Of a DNA stretch of 64,000 nt, positions 1 to 9,081 are shown in pieces. This DNA is from Eubacteriales bacterium (GTDB lineage: Bacteria; Bacillota; Clostridia; Oscillospirales; UBA644), in contig JAZSMD010000003.1 of assembly GCA_045535665.1 (NCBI GenBank), positions 8,306 to 72,305 of the forward strand, in the 5' to 3' direction. The position numbers and the translations under genes are program-made. Numbering within the stretch: position 1 is the stretch's first letter; each line of letters starts with the position of its first letter. A model generated the notes under the pieces. It saw only the letters and a list, made by a program, of their open reading frames with translations. It did no database searches and was not told the DNA's origin.

Positions 1-1
1 A

Positions 2-670
2 GCAGTAGCTCTCCCCCGAAGTGTTGCAGGCCTTATTTACGGTTTGCAGAAATACTCCGATGTTCCCTCCGATATGCTTGAATGGCACGGACATAATGAC
101 TTTTATATGGCTGTCGCAAACGCGGCAACCGCATGGCTTTTCGGTGCAAGTGCAGTAAACTGCTCCCTTTTCGGTATTGGCGAAAGAACAGGAAATATTC
201 CCCTTGAAGCAATGGTTATGCAGTATGCTTCCCTTAAAGGTACGACCGATGGTATGGACACAACGGTCATTACAGAACTTGCAGACTATTATCAAAGAGA
301 ACTCGATTATGAAATCCCACCCATGACTCCGTTTGTTGGCCAAAGCTTCAATGTTACCAGAGCAGGAATACATGCTGACGGGCTTCTGAAGGATGAAGAG
401 ATCTATAATATTTTTGATACAGGAAAGATACTGAACCGTCCTGCAAATGTTTCTATAAACAATGTATCGGGACTTGCGGCTATTGCATTCTGGATAAACA
501 ACCACTTCAAGCTTCCCGTTGAATGTTGGGTTGACAAAAAAGACGAACGTATAGTTAAAATGAAAGAGTGGATCGATGCTCAGTATCAGGACGGAAGGCA
601 GACTGTTATCAGCGACGAAGAACTTCTCTACCTCGTTGGCGAATATATGCCCGAGCTTCTTGAAGAATGA
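2..670 (+). CDS. Re-citrate synthase / isopropylmalate synthase-like (DRE-TIM) enzyme, 5'-truncated by window edge
   Basis: Frame is open from position 2 (AVALPRSVAGLIYGL...). Motifs EWHGHNDF, GIGERTGN and TRAGIHADG; followed by a GntR gene as in clostridial citrate synthase loci. Confidence 0.8.
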   Translation, partial: AVALPRSVAGLIYGLQKYSDVPSDMLEWHGHNDFYMAVANAATAWLFGASAVNCSLFGIGERTGNIPLEAMVMQYASLKGTTDGMDTTVITELADYYQRELDYEIPPMTPFVGQSFNVTRAGIHADGLLKDEEIYNIFDTGKILNRPANVSINNVSGLAAIAFWINNHFKLPVECWVDKKDERIVKMKEWIDAQYQDGRQTVISDEELLYLVGEYMPELLEE

Positions 671-681
671 TAAGGTGCAAT

Positions 682-1344
682 ATGGAAAAGATAAACACAT
701 CTGAACAAGGATCCCTCACAACAAAAGTCTTTAAAATATTGGAAAAAGCAATCCTCAAAGGAGAATTTCTTCCGGGCGAAGCATTGACAGAGCAAAGCCT
801 TTCAAACCAATTGGGAGTAAGCCGTACCCCCGTAAGAGAAGCTTTAAGACAACTGGAGCTTGCAGGTCTGGTAAAAACCGTACCAAACAAAGGTGCAGAA
901 GTTGTAGGTATTTCCGAAAAAGACGTTGATGACATTTACACCATAAGAGTTCACATTGAAGGACTTGCTGCACGTTGGGCGGCAGAAAATATTTCGGAAG
1001 AAGATATAAAAAAGCTTAGAGACACATTGGAATTACAGGAATTCTATGCCTCTAAGGGGGATACCGACAGAGTTAAAAGCCTTGACTCATCTTTTCACGA
1101 AGCCGTATACAAGGCAAGTGAAAGCAATCCTTTAAGGCAGATACTTTCTCAACTTCACAATTATATTCAAAGCTCAAGAGGACTCTCCATAGATTCCGAG
1201 GGAAGAGCAGTTGCGGCTGTTGCAGAACACCGTAAGATCTTTGAAGCAATAGAATCAGGGAACGGAGACCTTGCGGAAAAAGAAGCTCAGACCCATATAA
1301 TCAACGCAAAACAGAGTTTATTGAGAGTAAAGAATAATAAATGA
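682..1344 (+). CDS. GntR family (FCD domain) transcriptional regulator
   Basis: wHTH motif LGVSRTPVREALRQLE plus FCD-type FHE...EH..I...I; start moved to ATG 682 after SD AAGGTG. Confidence 0.92.
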   Translation: MEKINTSEQGSLTTKVFKILEKAILKGEFLPGEALTEQSLSNQLGVSRTPVREALRQLELAGLVKTVPNKGAEVVGISEKDVDDIYTIRVHIEGLAARWAAENISEEDIKKLRDTLELQEFYASKGDTDRVKSLDSSFHEAVYKASESNPLRQILSQLHNYIQSSRGLSIDSEGRAVAAVAEHRKIFEAIESGNGDLAEKEAQTHIINAKQSLLRVKNNK

Positions 1345-1386
1345 ACGCCTCTTTTGTACATATCGCAGGTCTTTTTTAAAACAGTT

Positions 1387-1428
1387 AAAGAGTTCGACTC
1401 AAATAGCTTAATGAGTCGAACTCTTTTT
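1387..1428. terminator. Bidirectional intrinsic terminator between convergent genes
   Basis: Inverted repeat AAAGAGTTCGACTCA / TGAGTCGAACTCTTT followed by a T tract. Confidence 0.85.
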
Positions 1429-1441
1429 ATATCACTGTTTG

Positions 1442-4400
1442 TTATTTTGTATTAGTAAATCTAAAATCATCAAAGTAGAACATGATACTTTGACCATCAT
1501 GTGTAAAGATATACATTCTGATATAGTTAAAAGATTCAGAATCAAACTCTCCTCCGGATATTCCAGCCTCAGCAAGTGGCAAATACAATTCATTCCAGCC
1601 TGAAACTGTAATATATTGTGTAACACTCCAATTCAACTCGTTCCTATCACAATCTCCGCTCGATGTTATTTCAATTTGTCCTTCTCTGAGCTTTGAAACA
1701 TCATCAACCCATATCCATATGTGAAGATATCCGTTTTCATATTGAGAAACGTTAATATTCTCCGAATACCTATATTTTATTATTTCCTGTGAGCCACCGA
1801 CTATCCTCCAAGAACCTTTACCCTCTTTGACCATTTCGGATTCTTTTATTAATCGTACACCTGATACAGCTACATTTTCGAGAGTATCGCAGGTATCAAC
1901 TATAAGATCCCCGGATTTGTTTAAATCTCCGATTTTATAGCCTAAATCCGAATCAGAAACTATAGAATTACAGAAGTAGATATCGTCTATATAATAATTT
2001 CCGTAAGTTCTGTCTTTTGTTGACATCCAAAGCCTGATGAAATTTAGTCTGGTAGGATCAAATTGATCAAGAGAACCGACTTGAGTTTCAGACAACGGTA
2101 CCCAAATCTCATTCCACCCCTGCCTTGAAATATATTGATTCGGAAGCCAAATGATCTTTTGTTTATTATTCGTACCGCTTGAAGTTAATTCGAGTTGACC
2201 ATTGGTAAAAGTCTCTACGTCTTCAACATATAACCAGAAATGCAGATATCCCGTATTCATTATCTCTGAAATATCCAAGCTGTTGCCATCATCAAATTTA
2301 AACGCAAAAACATCAACATTTTTTCTCTCTCCATCTTTTGACATCAAAGAATGTTCACCCTGTTTTACATATGCAGGATCATCGTTAACGTAAAAAGTTA
2401 TACCATCTGCCGCATTTGAATTATCTTCACACTCTGAAACATAGATATATTCAAAGCCTTCGTCGAGTGTCGGCTTCATTGTTGACATTGGCGGTTTGGG
2501 AGAAGTTTCCTCAATGATCGGAGACTGTTCAATACAATAACGGACAATATCTGATTCTGCAGTACAGAAATAAATGTCATCAAAATACGTTATCTCTTGC
2601 TCAAGAAAAACACTTGATTCTGTGTATATTCTTATGCAGTTAACCTTTTGACCCGAATAATCACCACGTTCATGGGCAGTCTCCAACGGCAACCACAGTT
2701 CATTCCAACCTTGATGAGTGATACAAGATGTAGGAACCCAATATCTTGCTTTATTTTCGGGGTTTTCATTACTGATCTCAATAGCTCCACCCCAAAGATG
2801 AGTTCCCATTTCTTCTATCCAAACCCACATGTGCAGATAACCTTTTTCATTTATGAATTGAGAAATATCCATTTCTTCAAACTCTCGGTAATAAATCACT
2901 TCCATTTGATTAGTTCTCTGAGGATCATGTTTATGAGAAAAACTTCCGTCTTTAATGTAAGTTGGGTCTGTATTTACAGAAGAGCCGGCCTCTGAAGCAG
3001 GAGACTCTTCATCCCCAACAGAAATACGGTCGATAACAGTATATTCATACTCATCGACATAACTTCTCGAAGTGTGGAAGTTCCCTTCGTAAGGTATAAC
3101 AGTATTTATTCTATTGTAAAAATCTACTGTGACAGTCTCATCGCAAATGATAGAATCACCTGCAGAACGAAGTGCGTTTACAATAGAGACTTTAGAGTTA
3201 TTCGTTATACTGTATACAGAGCCCATACCTACGAAATCTGCGGATGTGTTTATTATTGACGCACTTGAATTGGTAGTCTTAATCAATTCATAGGGTGCAT
3301 ACATGAATACGTTGTGGATAGATTCTTCTGTCGCATTTACAACTTCGATCATTGTACAGTAATCACGCAATATCTCATCTCTAAGCAATGCAAAACCCGC
3401 AGAGCCGCCCATACCTGCTTCGTTTTGGTTTGAGCAATTTAACCATGAGTTAACGTCTGCATATTCAGGATTGCAGTAACCCATTTCCGCATAGATTTGG
3501 CGGTTGACAAAATGCGGATTGCATAAACAACTTTCCACAACACCGTTCTTTCCGCCAACTTTAGCAAATGTATTATAAGTACAACCAAAAGTCTGTTTAA
3601 TAAGATGATCATCACAGTCGGAAAAATCTATGCCGATAAAAGTGGATGTGACTCCGACATTATATGTATAAACGCCTGAACCTAAACCTCGTATACCGAT
3701 ATTTGACTCCGTCATCGGATCATTGTTTTTAAGCATCTCGTGAGCTTTGAAAACATCATAAACAGGGCAAAAGATTCTCAAGCCGTAGACTCCAGCTCCT
3801 GCAGAAAGCTCTATGCAAGAACCGTCAGTTACATATGACATTAAAACTGTTCCGTCAGGATCCCCTGAAGCTGAATCCCTGATAAAAACGGGGGACGAAC
3901 CTCGAAGCTGAACGTTTTCAGGAACGCGCAATGTAGTATATATGCTGTAAACACCTGCAGGAATATACACAACTCCTCCGGTTTCAGCAGCAACGTCCAA
4001 TGCTTCCTGAATAATGGGAGCTGCATCTTCAAGTTTTCCCGAAAGGTCTTTAACTTGGGCATTATAGAGGTAAGAAGCCGGCTTTTTATATGAACCGTAT
4101 TTAATTTCATAATCGGAGATATCACTTTCCTTATCCCACATTATGCGACCGCCCTCTGCACATACCGTACCTTCTCCCGTCAGCTCGATTCCGCAAAGTT
4201 TAATGGTTCCCATATCGGAACTGTTTACGATAGCCTTCAAATCAGCATCTATCCTTGCATTCGCAATTGCTGTACCTAAAGAAGGGCAGACTTCTTCGGC
4301 AACTATTCCGTACATACAGTCTACAATATCAACATCGTAGATTACGCCCCAATAGCCTTGGGAAATATTCGGAGTTTCAGGCAGATAAATAGCCGTACGA

Positions 4401-5314
4401 CAAGATTCAAAATAAAGAGAGCTGAAATGCTCATCATCAAGATCATTAAAAACGAAGCCTAATGTATTTTCTTTACAGTATGCTCTTAAAGCTTCGGGAT
4501 CAGAACATTTGAAATCACGGCCTGCATTTATCCAAAAAGCAGGTGATACAACTACATTCACCGTATTTCCGACCTCTGATGATCTATACATCTCCAAAGC
4601 TGTGTCCAAAGCACAAATACGAAGATTCTCATTCTGTATCAACTCGTGTGTAGATGCCAATTTCGTACCGATTCCGATGCCTCTGTATGAATTCACCATC
4701 GTTATATTGCGCAATGCGGCAATTCTCGGAGCTTCGCTGTAGATCGTGTATCCATACGGGATAGGATCTTCGATTGTCTGTTCGGGATAGTAGAATGTCA
4801 AACCAACGAGTCCGCAGCCACTTTCAATGTTAAACAAGGGCTCTGCGGCACGGTTCTTGACTTGACTCGGGACCAACGCATTTGGCTTTGCGATTATAAT
4901 TGTACCGTATTCGGGTTCAGAGGTTGAAATAGGATCTTGCCAATCACCTTGAAGTATTACGCCTGAAGGCACATATATAGTATCTGTCACAAGATAATCC
5001 CCGGCAGGCAGAAAAACAACTCCTCCACCCAGATCTTCGACTGCATACAATGCTTTCTGAATAGCATCCGTAGCATCGGTTTTTCCTGTAGGGTCAGCAT
5101 TGTAAGGTTCTTCAGTTGCTACGACATCGGCAATCACTACATCATCTGTCGTATATATCGTCTTAACCATAACAGCACCGTCTCCCACGGTAACAGGATC
5201 CTGAGCTTCAATTTGATCTGTTTCATCATCGACCGGAAACTCGTCATTTCGGTCGCAAGATGCAACGAAAACAAACAGCATAACGACAAGCAAAAACAAG
5301 GATATCTTTTTCAA
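1442..5314 (-). CDS. Large lipoprotein: tandem beta-helix (pectate_lyase_3 / GH55 / GH28-related) glycosidase with three C-terminal CBM-like repeats
   Basis: Lipobox FVASC; two D(A/T)..AIQ.AL....GGVV..PAG.Y motifs; three repeats of GYLH.W..../GWNE...PL/DD..F. TTG start with SD AGGAGG. Confidence 0.75.
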   Translation of the reverse strand: MKKISLFLLVVMLFVFVASCDRNDEFPVDDETDQIEAQDPVTVGDGAVMVKTIYTTDDVVIADVVATEEPYNADPTGKTDATDAIQKALYAVEDLGGGVVFLPAGDYLVTDTIYVPSGVILQGDWQDPISTSEPEYGTIIIAKPNALVPSQVKNRAAEPLFNIESGCGLVGLTFYYPEQTIEDPIPYGYTIYSEAPRIAALRNITMVNSYRGIGIGTKLASTHELIQNENLRICALDTALEMYRSSEVGNTVNVVVSPAFWINAGRDFKCSDPEALRAYCKENTLGFVFNDLDDEHFSSLYFESCRTAIYLPETPNISQGYWGVIYDVDIVDCMYGIVAEEVCPSLGTAIANARIDADLKAIVNSSDMGTIKLCGIELTGEGTVCAEGGRIMWDKESDISDYEIKYGSYKKPASYLYNAQVKDLSGKLEDAAPIIQEALDVAAETGGVVYIPAGVYSIYTTLRVPENVQLRGSSPVFIRDSASGDPDGTVLMSYVTDGSCIELSAGAGVYGLRIFCPVYDVFKAHEMLKNNDPMTESNIGIRGLGSGVYTYNVGVTSTFIGIDFSDCDDHLIKQTFGCTYNTFAKVGGKNGVVESCLCNPHFVNRQIYAEMGYCNPEYADVNSWLNCSNQNEAGMGGSAGFALLRDEILRDYCTMIEVVNATEESIHNVFMYAPYELIKTTNSSASIINTSADFVGMGSVYSITNNSKVSIVNALRSAGDSIICDETVTVDFYNRINTVIPYEGNFHTSRSYVDEYEYTVIDRISVGDEESPASEAGSSVNTDPTYIKDGSFSHKHDPQRTNQMEVIYYREFEEMDISQFINEKGYLHMWVWIEEMGTHLWGGAIEISNENPENKARYWVPTSCITHQGWNELWLPLETAHERGDYSGQKVNCIRIYTESSVFLEQEITYFDDIYFCTAESDIVRYCIEQSPIIEETSPKPPMSTMKPTLDEGFEYIYVSECEDNSNAADGITFYVNDDPAYVKQGEHSLMSKDGERKNVDVFAFKFDDGNSLDISEIMNTGYLHFWLYVEDVETFTNGQLELTSSGTNNKQKIIWLPNQYISRQGWNEIWVPLSETQVGSLDQFDPTRLNFIRLWMSTKDRTYGNYYIDDIYFCNSIVSDSDLGYKIGDLNKSGDLIVDTCDTLENVAVSGVRLIKESEMVKEGKGSWRIVGGSQEIIKYRYSENINVSQYENGYLHIWIWVDDVSKLREGQIEITSSGDCDRNELNWSVTQYITVSGWNELYLPLAEAGISGGEFDSESFNYIRMYIFTHDGQSIMFYFDDFRFTNTK

Positions 5315-5467
5315 TTTCAGTTCCTCCTTAAATATCGATTTAAATTAAGAAATACCAAGTTTATTATACAATAGTTTTAATCAGAATGGAAGCTGTAAAC
5401 TGAAACTTTTTCATGAAATTTCAATGTTACTTTCGTCCCGTGTTTTTCATAATGATTATCGAAATAA

Positions 5468-5509
5468 AAAACGGATATTCATAACCAAAAAAGTCTTGAA
5501 TATCCGTTT
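5468..5509 (-). terminator. Intrinsic terminator after the sensor kinase
   Basis: AAACGGATATTCA / TGAATATCCGTTT inverted repeat with A/T tracts on both sides. Confidence 0.75.
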
Positions 5510-5535
5510 GTTTTTTGTAAAATCCTTGGAAAAAA

Positions 5536-6900
5536 TTATTTTATAGGTAAGAATATCTCAAATATGGCACCTGAACGGTCACCCTGTCGGTTTCTGGCAT
5601 GAACTGCGCCGCCATGAGATGTCACAACAGCTTTTGCAATTGAAAGTCCCAAACCGTGTTTTCCTTTTTTGCCCTTATAGAAACGGTCAAAAATATGGAT
5701 AAGATCATCCTCATGAATTCCGGGGCCATCATCGGAAACAGTAAAGCAAACTCCCTTCGTAACGGGACGAACTTCAATATAAACTTCGCTTTTTGCAAAT
5801 CTTATGCAATTGGAAATAATGTTTGTAAGAGCCACACAAAAGTTGTCCACATCACACATTACATTCATTATGGCAATATCGCCTTTTATGATGCTGATAT
5901 TCTCCGCAACAGCTATACCCTGAACCCTGTCAATAGATTCCTCAATTATTTGAAGTGTCGTGGCTTCTTCCAAAGATACCGCATCTCTTGAAGTTTCCAT
6001 TTTTGTCAGGTACATAATATCTTCAATTATCTTTTCAAGACGGGATGTCTGGTCAAGGATCTCAGTATATATTTCTTCCGTATTATCAAAAACTCCGTCC
6101 CTTAGGCCCTCGGTATATCCTCTGATCGACATAAGAGGCGTTCTTAATTCATGCGATGCGTTTTGCAGGAAGATTTTCTGGCTCAAATCATATTCCTCAA
6201 TACTTTTCGCCATTGCGTCAAATGCCTCTGAAAGATCCCCGACTTCATCATCGGACTCAATTTTTATAGAGCAGTCATATTTACGCTTTGCCAACATGTT
6301 TGCACGGACTTTTAACTTTTTAAGGTTCAAAGTCAAGGTACTTGAGAATATCAACGCAAAACACACTGCAAACAATGCCGCAACGCACAAAGCCATTAAG
6401 TACAAAGTAAACAAGGATCTGTCAATTCCGTAACGGTCAACCTGCATATATAAAACCAATGTAGTCTTTTCATTAGCATCAATATCGTAAAGATGACGGA
6501 TAAAAAGTGCATAATTTCCCGTAGAGTGCTTCAAAACCTCCGCACCTTCACGGTCAAGCTTTGATTTCATGGCATTTTTAAACTCTTCAAGAGATATGGG
6601 AAAAGATTCATAATGAACCCCTGTCTGCCACTCACCATCGTTATCGAAAATAGCAAGTGCGTAGTCATTTTTCCGCATCTCCGTAAATGTTTTTTGAAGC
6701 TGAAATGCCAACGCTAAGTCATTATGTTGGGTGGAAACCGCAACCACCAAATCATCTGCATACTGTTGGAGCTGCTTGTTTGACTCACTGAGAATATAAC
6801 CGTCGGAAAACAAAGAGATAAAACTAGTGGAAATACCCGCCATCATAAAAATGACGGCGGCATATGATAATATCAATTTGGCAGTAATGCTGCTTCTCAT
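5536..6900 (-). CDS. HAMP-domain sensor histidine kinase
   Basis: Two TM segments, HAMP (DDEVGDL), H-box SHELRTPL, G-boxes DDGPGI and GLGLSI. Confidence 0.95.
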   Translation of the reverse strand: MRSSITAKLILSYAAVIFMMAGISTSFISLFSDGYILSESNKQLQQYADDLVVAVSTQHNDLALAFQLQKTFTEMRKNDYALAIFDNDGEWQTGVHYESFPISLEEFKNAMKSKLDREGAEVLKHSTGNYALFIRHLYDIDANEKTTLVLYMQVDRYGIDRSLFTLYLMALCVAALFAVCFALIFSSTLTLNLKKLKVRANMLAKRKYDCSIKIESDDEVGDLSEAFDAMAKSIEEYDLSQKIFLQNASHELRTPLMSIRGYTEGLRDGVFDNTEEIYTEILDQTSRLEKIIEDIMYLTKMETSRDAVSLEEATTLQIIEESIDRVQGIAVAENISIIKGDIAIMNVMCDVDNFCVALTNIISNCIRFAKSEVYIEVRPVTKGVCFTVSDDGPGIHEDDLIHIFDRFYKGKKGKHGLGLSIAKAVVTSHGGAVHARNRQGDRSGAIFEIFLPIK

Positions 6901-6903
6901 GAT

Positions 6904-7623
6904 TTATTCCTTTGCGGTATCTGCACCGTCGGTTACTTTATAACCGTAACCCCAAACGGTCTCAATGCAGAAATCAGTAGCCGCGGCATCCAGCTTTTTA
7001 CGGATACGTTTTACAAGGTCGTCAACAGCTCGTGTGTCTCCGATATATTGATAATCCCAAATATTCGTCAGGAGCTGACTTCTTGTGAAAACTCTGTTTT
7101 TATTGGAAACCATAAAGAAAATAAAGTCGTATTCCATTGCGGTGAGATTAAGCTCTGTTTCAGTACCTTCGGAAACTTTAACAACACGTCTTTCTGTGGG
7201 GAATATCTTAATATCACGGCAGGAATAAACCGTAGTATTTCCTTTATCTCCCTGCATTCCGTCAATTCTGCGGAAAACAGCTTTAACTCTTGCAACCATT
7301 TCTCTGGGAGAGAATGGTTTTGGAATATAGTCATCGGCACCCATTTCAATACCGAGGATTCTGTCAAGTTCTTCATCTCTTGCAGAAACTATAATAATGG
7401 GGACATTTGCCTTTTTTCTGATTTCATTGCAAAGTTCAAATCCGGACATTCCCGGCATCATAATATCAATAATAAGCATATCGGGCATTGCAGAATTAAA
7501 GCCTGCCAATGCATCTTCACCGTTTTCAAATTCGGAAACGGTGTAACCTTCTTTTTCAAGATAAGAACGGATTATCTGACGTATATTTTTTTCGTCATCC
7601 ACTACATAAATTGTCTTAGGCAT
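6904..7623 (-). CDS. OmpR/PhoB family response regulator
   Basis: VVDDE, DIMMPG, GADDYIPKPF; wHTH ending IETVWGYGY; adjacent to the kinase. Confidence 0.96.
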   Translation of the reverse strand: MPKTIYVVDDEKNIRQIIRSYLEKEGYTVSEFENGEDALAGFNSAMPDMLIIDIMMPGMSGFELCNEIRKKANVPIIIVSARDEELDRILGIEMGADDYIPKPFSPREMVARVKAVFRRIDGMQGDKGNTTVYSCRDIKIFPTERRVVKVSEGTETELNLTAMEYDFIFFMVSNKNRVFTRSQLLTNIWDYQYIGDTRAVDDLVKRIRKKLDAAATDFCIETVWGYGYKVTDGADTAKE

Positions 7624-7726
7624 TTACATCTTTCCTTTCATTTATAGGCTTTTCTTTACAATATAATTTTACACTTAAATTGTATCACAATTTTGTGCAA
7701 AAAACACATGTTTTATAAGATTCAGT

Positions 7727-8611
7727 CTATTTGCAAAGAGTATAATCGCTATCACAAAATTCTCTGATGGCTTCTCCCCTGAAATCATAATTTCCGCACT
7801 GATATGCGTGGAAAGCAACAACTTTATTTGTTTCTTTGCTGTATGCAATCATTTGACCGTGAGCGCCTGTCTTGCCGAAAGATCTTGCCTCACATCGATC
7901 AAGACCGTATTCTTTTTCCTCAACAAGCTTTACCCAATCTTCTGATATGATCCTTTGACCTTCAAAAATACCGTTATTGAGATAAACGCTTCCCAACTTT
8001 GCCATGTCAGCTGTGGGACAATAGATCCCTGTACCGCCAACAACATAACCGTAAGGACATTTTGTCATTGCAATTTCTTGGAATTTCAAAGGACGGAAAA
8101 GTCTTGAGCTGAGGTAATTATCCAAAGGCTCTCCGCAAGCTTCAGTAGCCACACGGGTAAGTATATAGTATGCAGCGTCGCTGTAAACTCGTGTAGTACC
8201 CGGTTCGTATGTAAGATTCTTTTTAAATGCCTCTGTAATATGATCTTCACCGCAATCCTCTGCATCAATATCGAGATATCCTCGGTCAATACCCATACTG
8301 TGACCGAGAGCATGTGCAATAGTAACCTTTTCCCAATTGGGATCGTAATCTGTTTTAATATACTTTCTCAAGTAGTCGCAAACCTTATCATCAAGGTTTA
8401 TTTTGCCTTCCTGCCAAAGGAATCCGAAAGCTGTCATTGCAAACATTTTTGTTGCGGAATAACAGTTATTGCTTCTGTTTGCAGGTGTATGCTGATAATG
8501 GTATGCCTTACCGTCCTTATCAATAAAAACTATATCATAAAGATTGTAATCGTTTCTTTTTGCCATTTCGGCACATTTCGCTTCAAATTCCGCATTTTTC
8601 AATAATTCCAT
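7727..8611 (-). CDS. Serine hydrolase, beta-lactamase class C / esterase family
   Basis: SxxK (YSATK), YS motif (PGTTRVYSD), KTG-like GKTGAHGQ; no signal peptide; start moved to ATG 8611 after GGAG. Confidence 0.85.
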   Translation of the reverse strand: MELLKNAEFEAKCAEMAKRNDYNLYDIVFIDKDGKAYHYQHTPANRSNNCYSATKMFAMTAFGFLWQEGKINLDDKVCDYLRKYIKTDYDPNWEKVTIAHALGHSMGIDRGYLDIDAEDCGEDHITEAFKKNLTYEPGTTRVYSDAAYYILTRVATEACGEPLDNYLSSRLFRPLKFQEIAMTKCPYGYVVGGTGIYCPTADMAKLGSVYLNNGIFEGQRIISEDWVKLVEEKEYGLDRCEARSFGKTGAHGQMIAYSKETNKVVAFHAYQCGNYDFRGEAIREFCDSDYTLCK

Positions 8612-8617
8612 AATAAT

Positions 8618-8650
8618 CTCCATTCTACCGCCTTACAACGATTTAAATTT
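8618..8650 (-). promoter_or_regulatory. Pre-SD hairpin motif, copy A (serine hydrolase)
   Basis: mRNA sense: AAATTTAA-ATCGT-TGTAAG-GCGGT-AGAAT-GGAG; the stem here needs G-U pairs. Confidence 0.55.
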
Positions 8651-8664
8651 CATATCTTACTTAT

Positions 8665-8693
8665 AATATATCATATTTGGAAGAATTTTTCAA
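8665..8693 (-). promoter_or_regulatory. SigA-type promoter of the serine hydrolase
   Basis: TTGAAA-17 nt-TATATT with TG extension. Confidence 0.55.
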
Positions 8694-8819
8694 TGTCTCC
8701 CCTGTCATGTTTTAAAAAAAATCACAATTACGATCATACAAGCCCAAACTAAAAAAACTCCCACATTTCTGCCACAGAACAGACCTTGTTATACTTTATT
8801 TTTAGGTTATAATATAAAT

Positions 8820-8963
8820 GTAAATTGATTTGGATATACTCATTGGTGTTCATACCTATTGAAAAACTCCTTTAATCATATTTTCAATTACTATCTCCCC
8901 TCTAAATTTTTTTCTATTCATTTTGAAAAGCCCAAGTTTCTTGCTTGGGCTTTCCTCCTTTTT
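8820..8963 (+). ncRNA. Candidate small RNA with C-rich anti-SD-like motifs
   Basis: TTGTTA-16-TATAAT at 8786-8813; hairpin AAAGCCCAAG/CTTGGGCTTT near 8927-8953; no convincing ORF; CTCCTT, CTCCCCTC and CCTCCTT motifs. Confidence 0.4.
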
Positions 8964-8988
8964 AAGGAATTTTGAAAATATTAACTAT

Positions 8989-9048
8989 TGTGGGAAAACT
9001 TTTTTCTTGTAAAAAAAGTTTTCCCACACTCTTTCAAAAAAGCAAATT
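8989..9048. repeat. REP-like palindrome, copy 1
   Basis: TGTGGGAAAACTTTTTT...AAAAAAGTTTTCCCACA followed by tail CTCTTTCAAAAAAGCAAATT. Confidence 0.8.
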
Positions 9049-9081
9049 AACTTTTTATTCAAATAACAAAATATGAAAATT

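Noticed and set aside
7727-8611. Serine hydrolase (and the MBL-fold protein at 26646) as antibiotic-resistance beta-lactamases
   Set aside because: Only fold-level motifs, no signal peptides and no mobile context.
8750-8920. Short minus-strand ORFs (about 21 and 34 codons) as type I toxins
   Set aside because: Not hydrophobic and poorly spaced from SD-like sequences.
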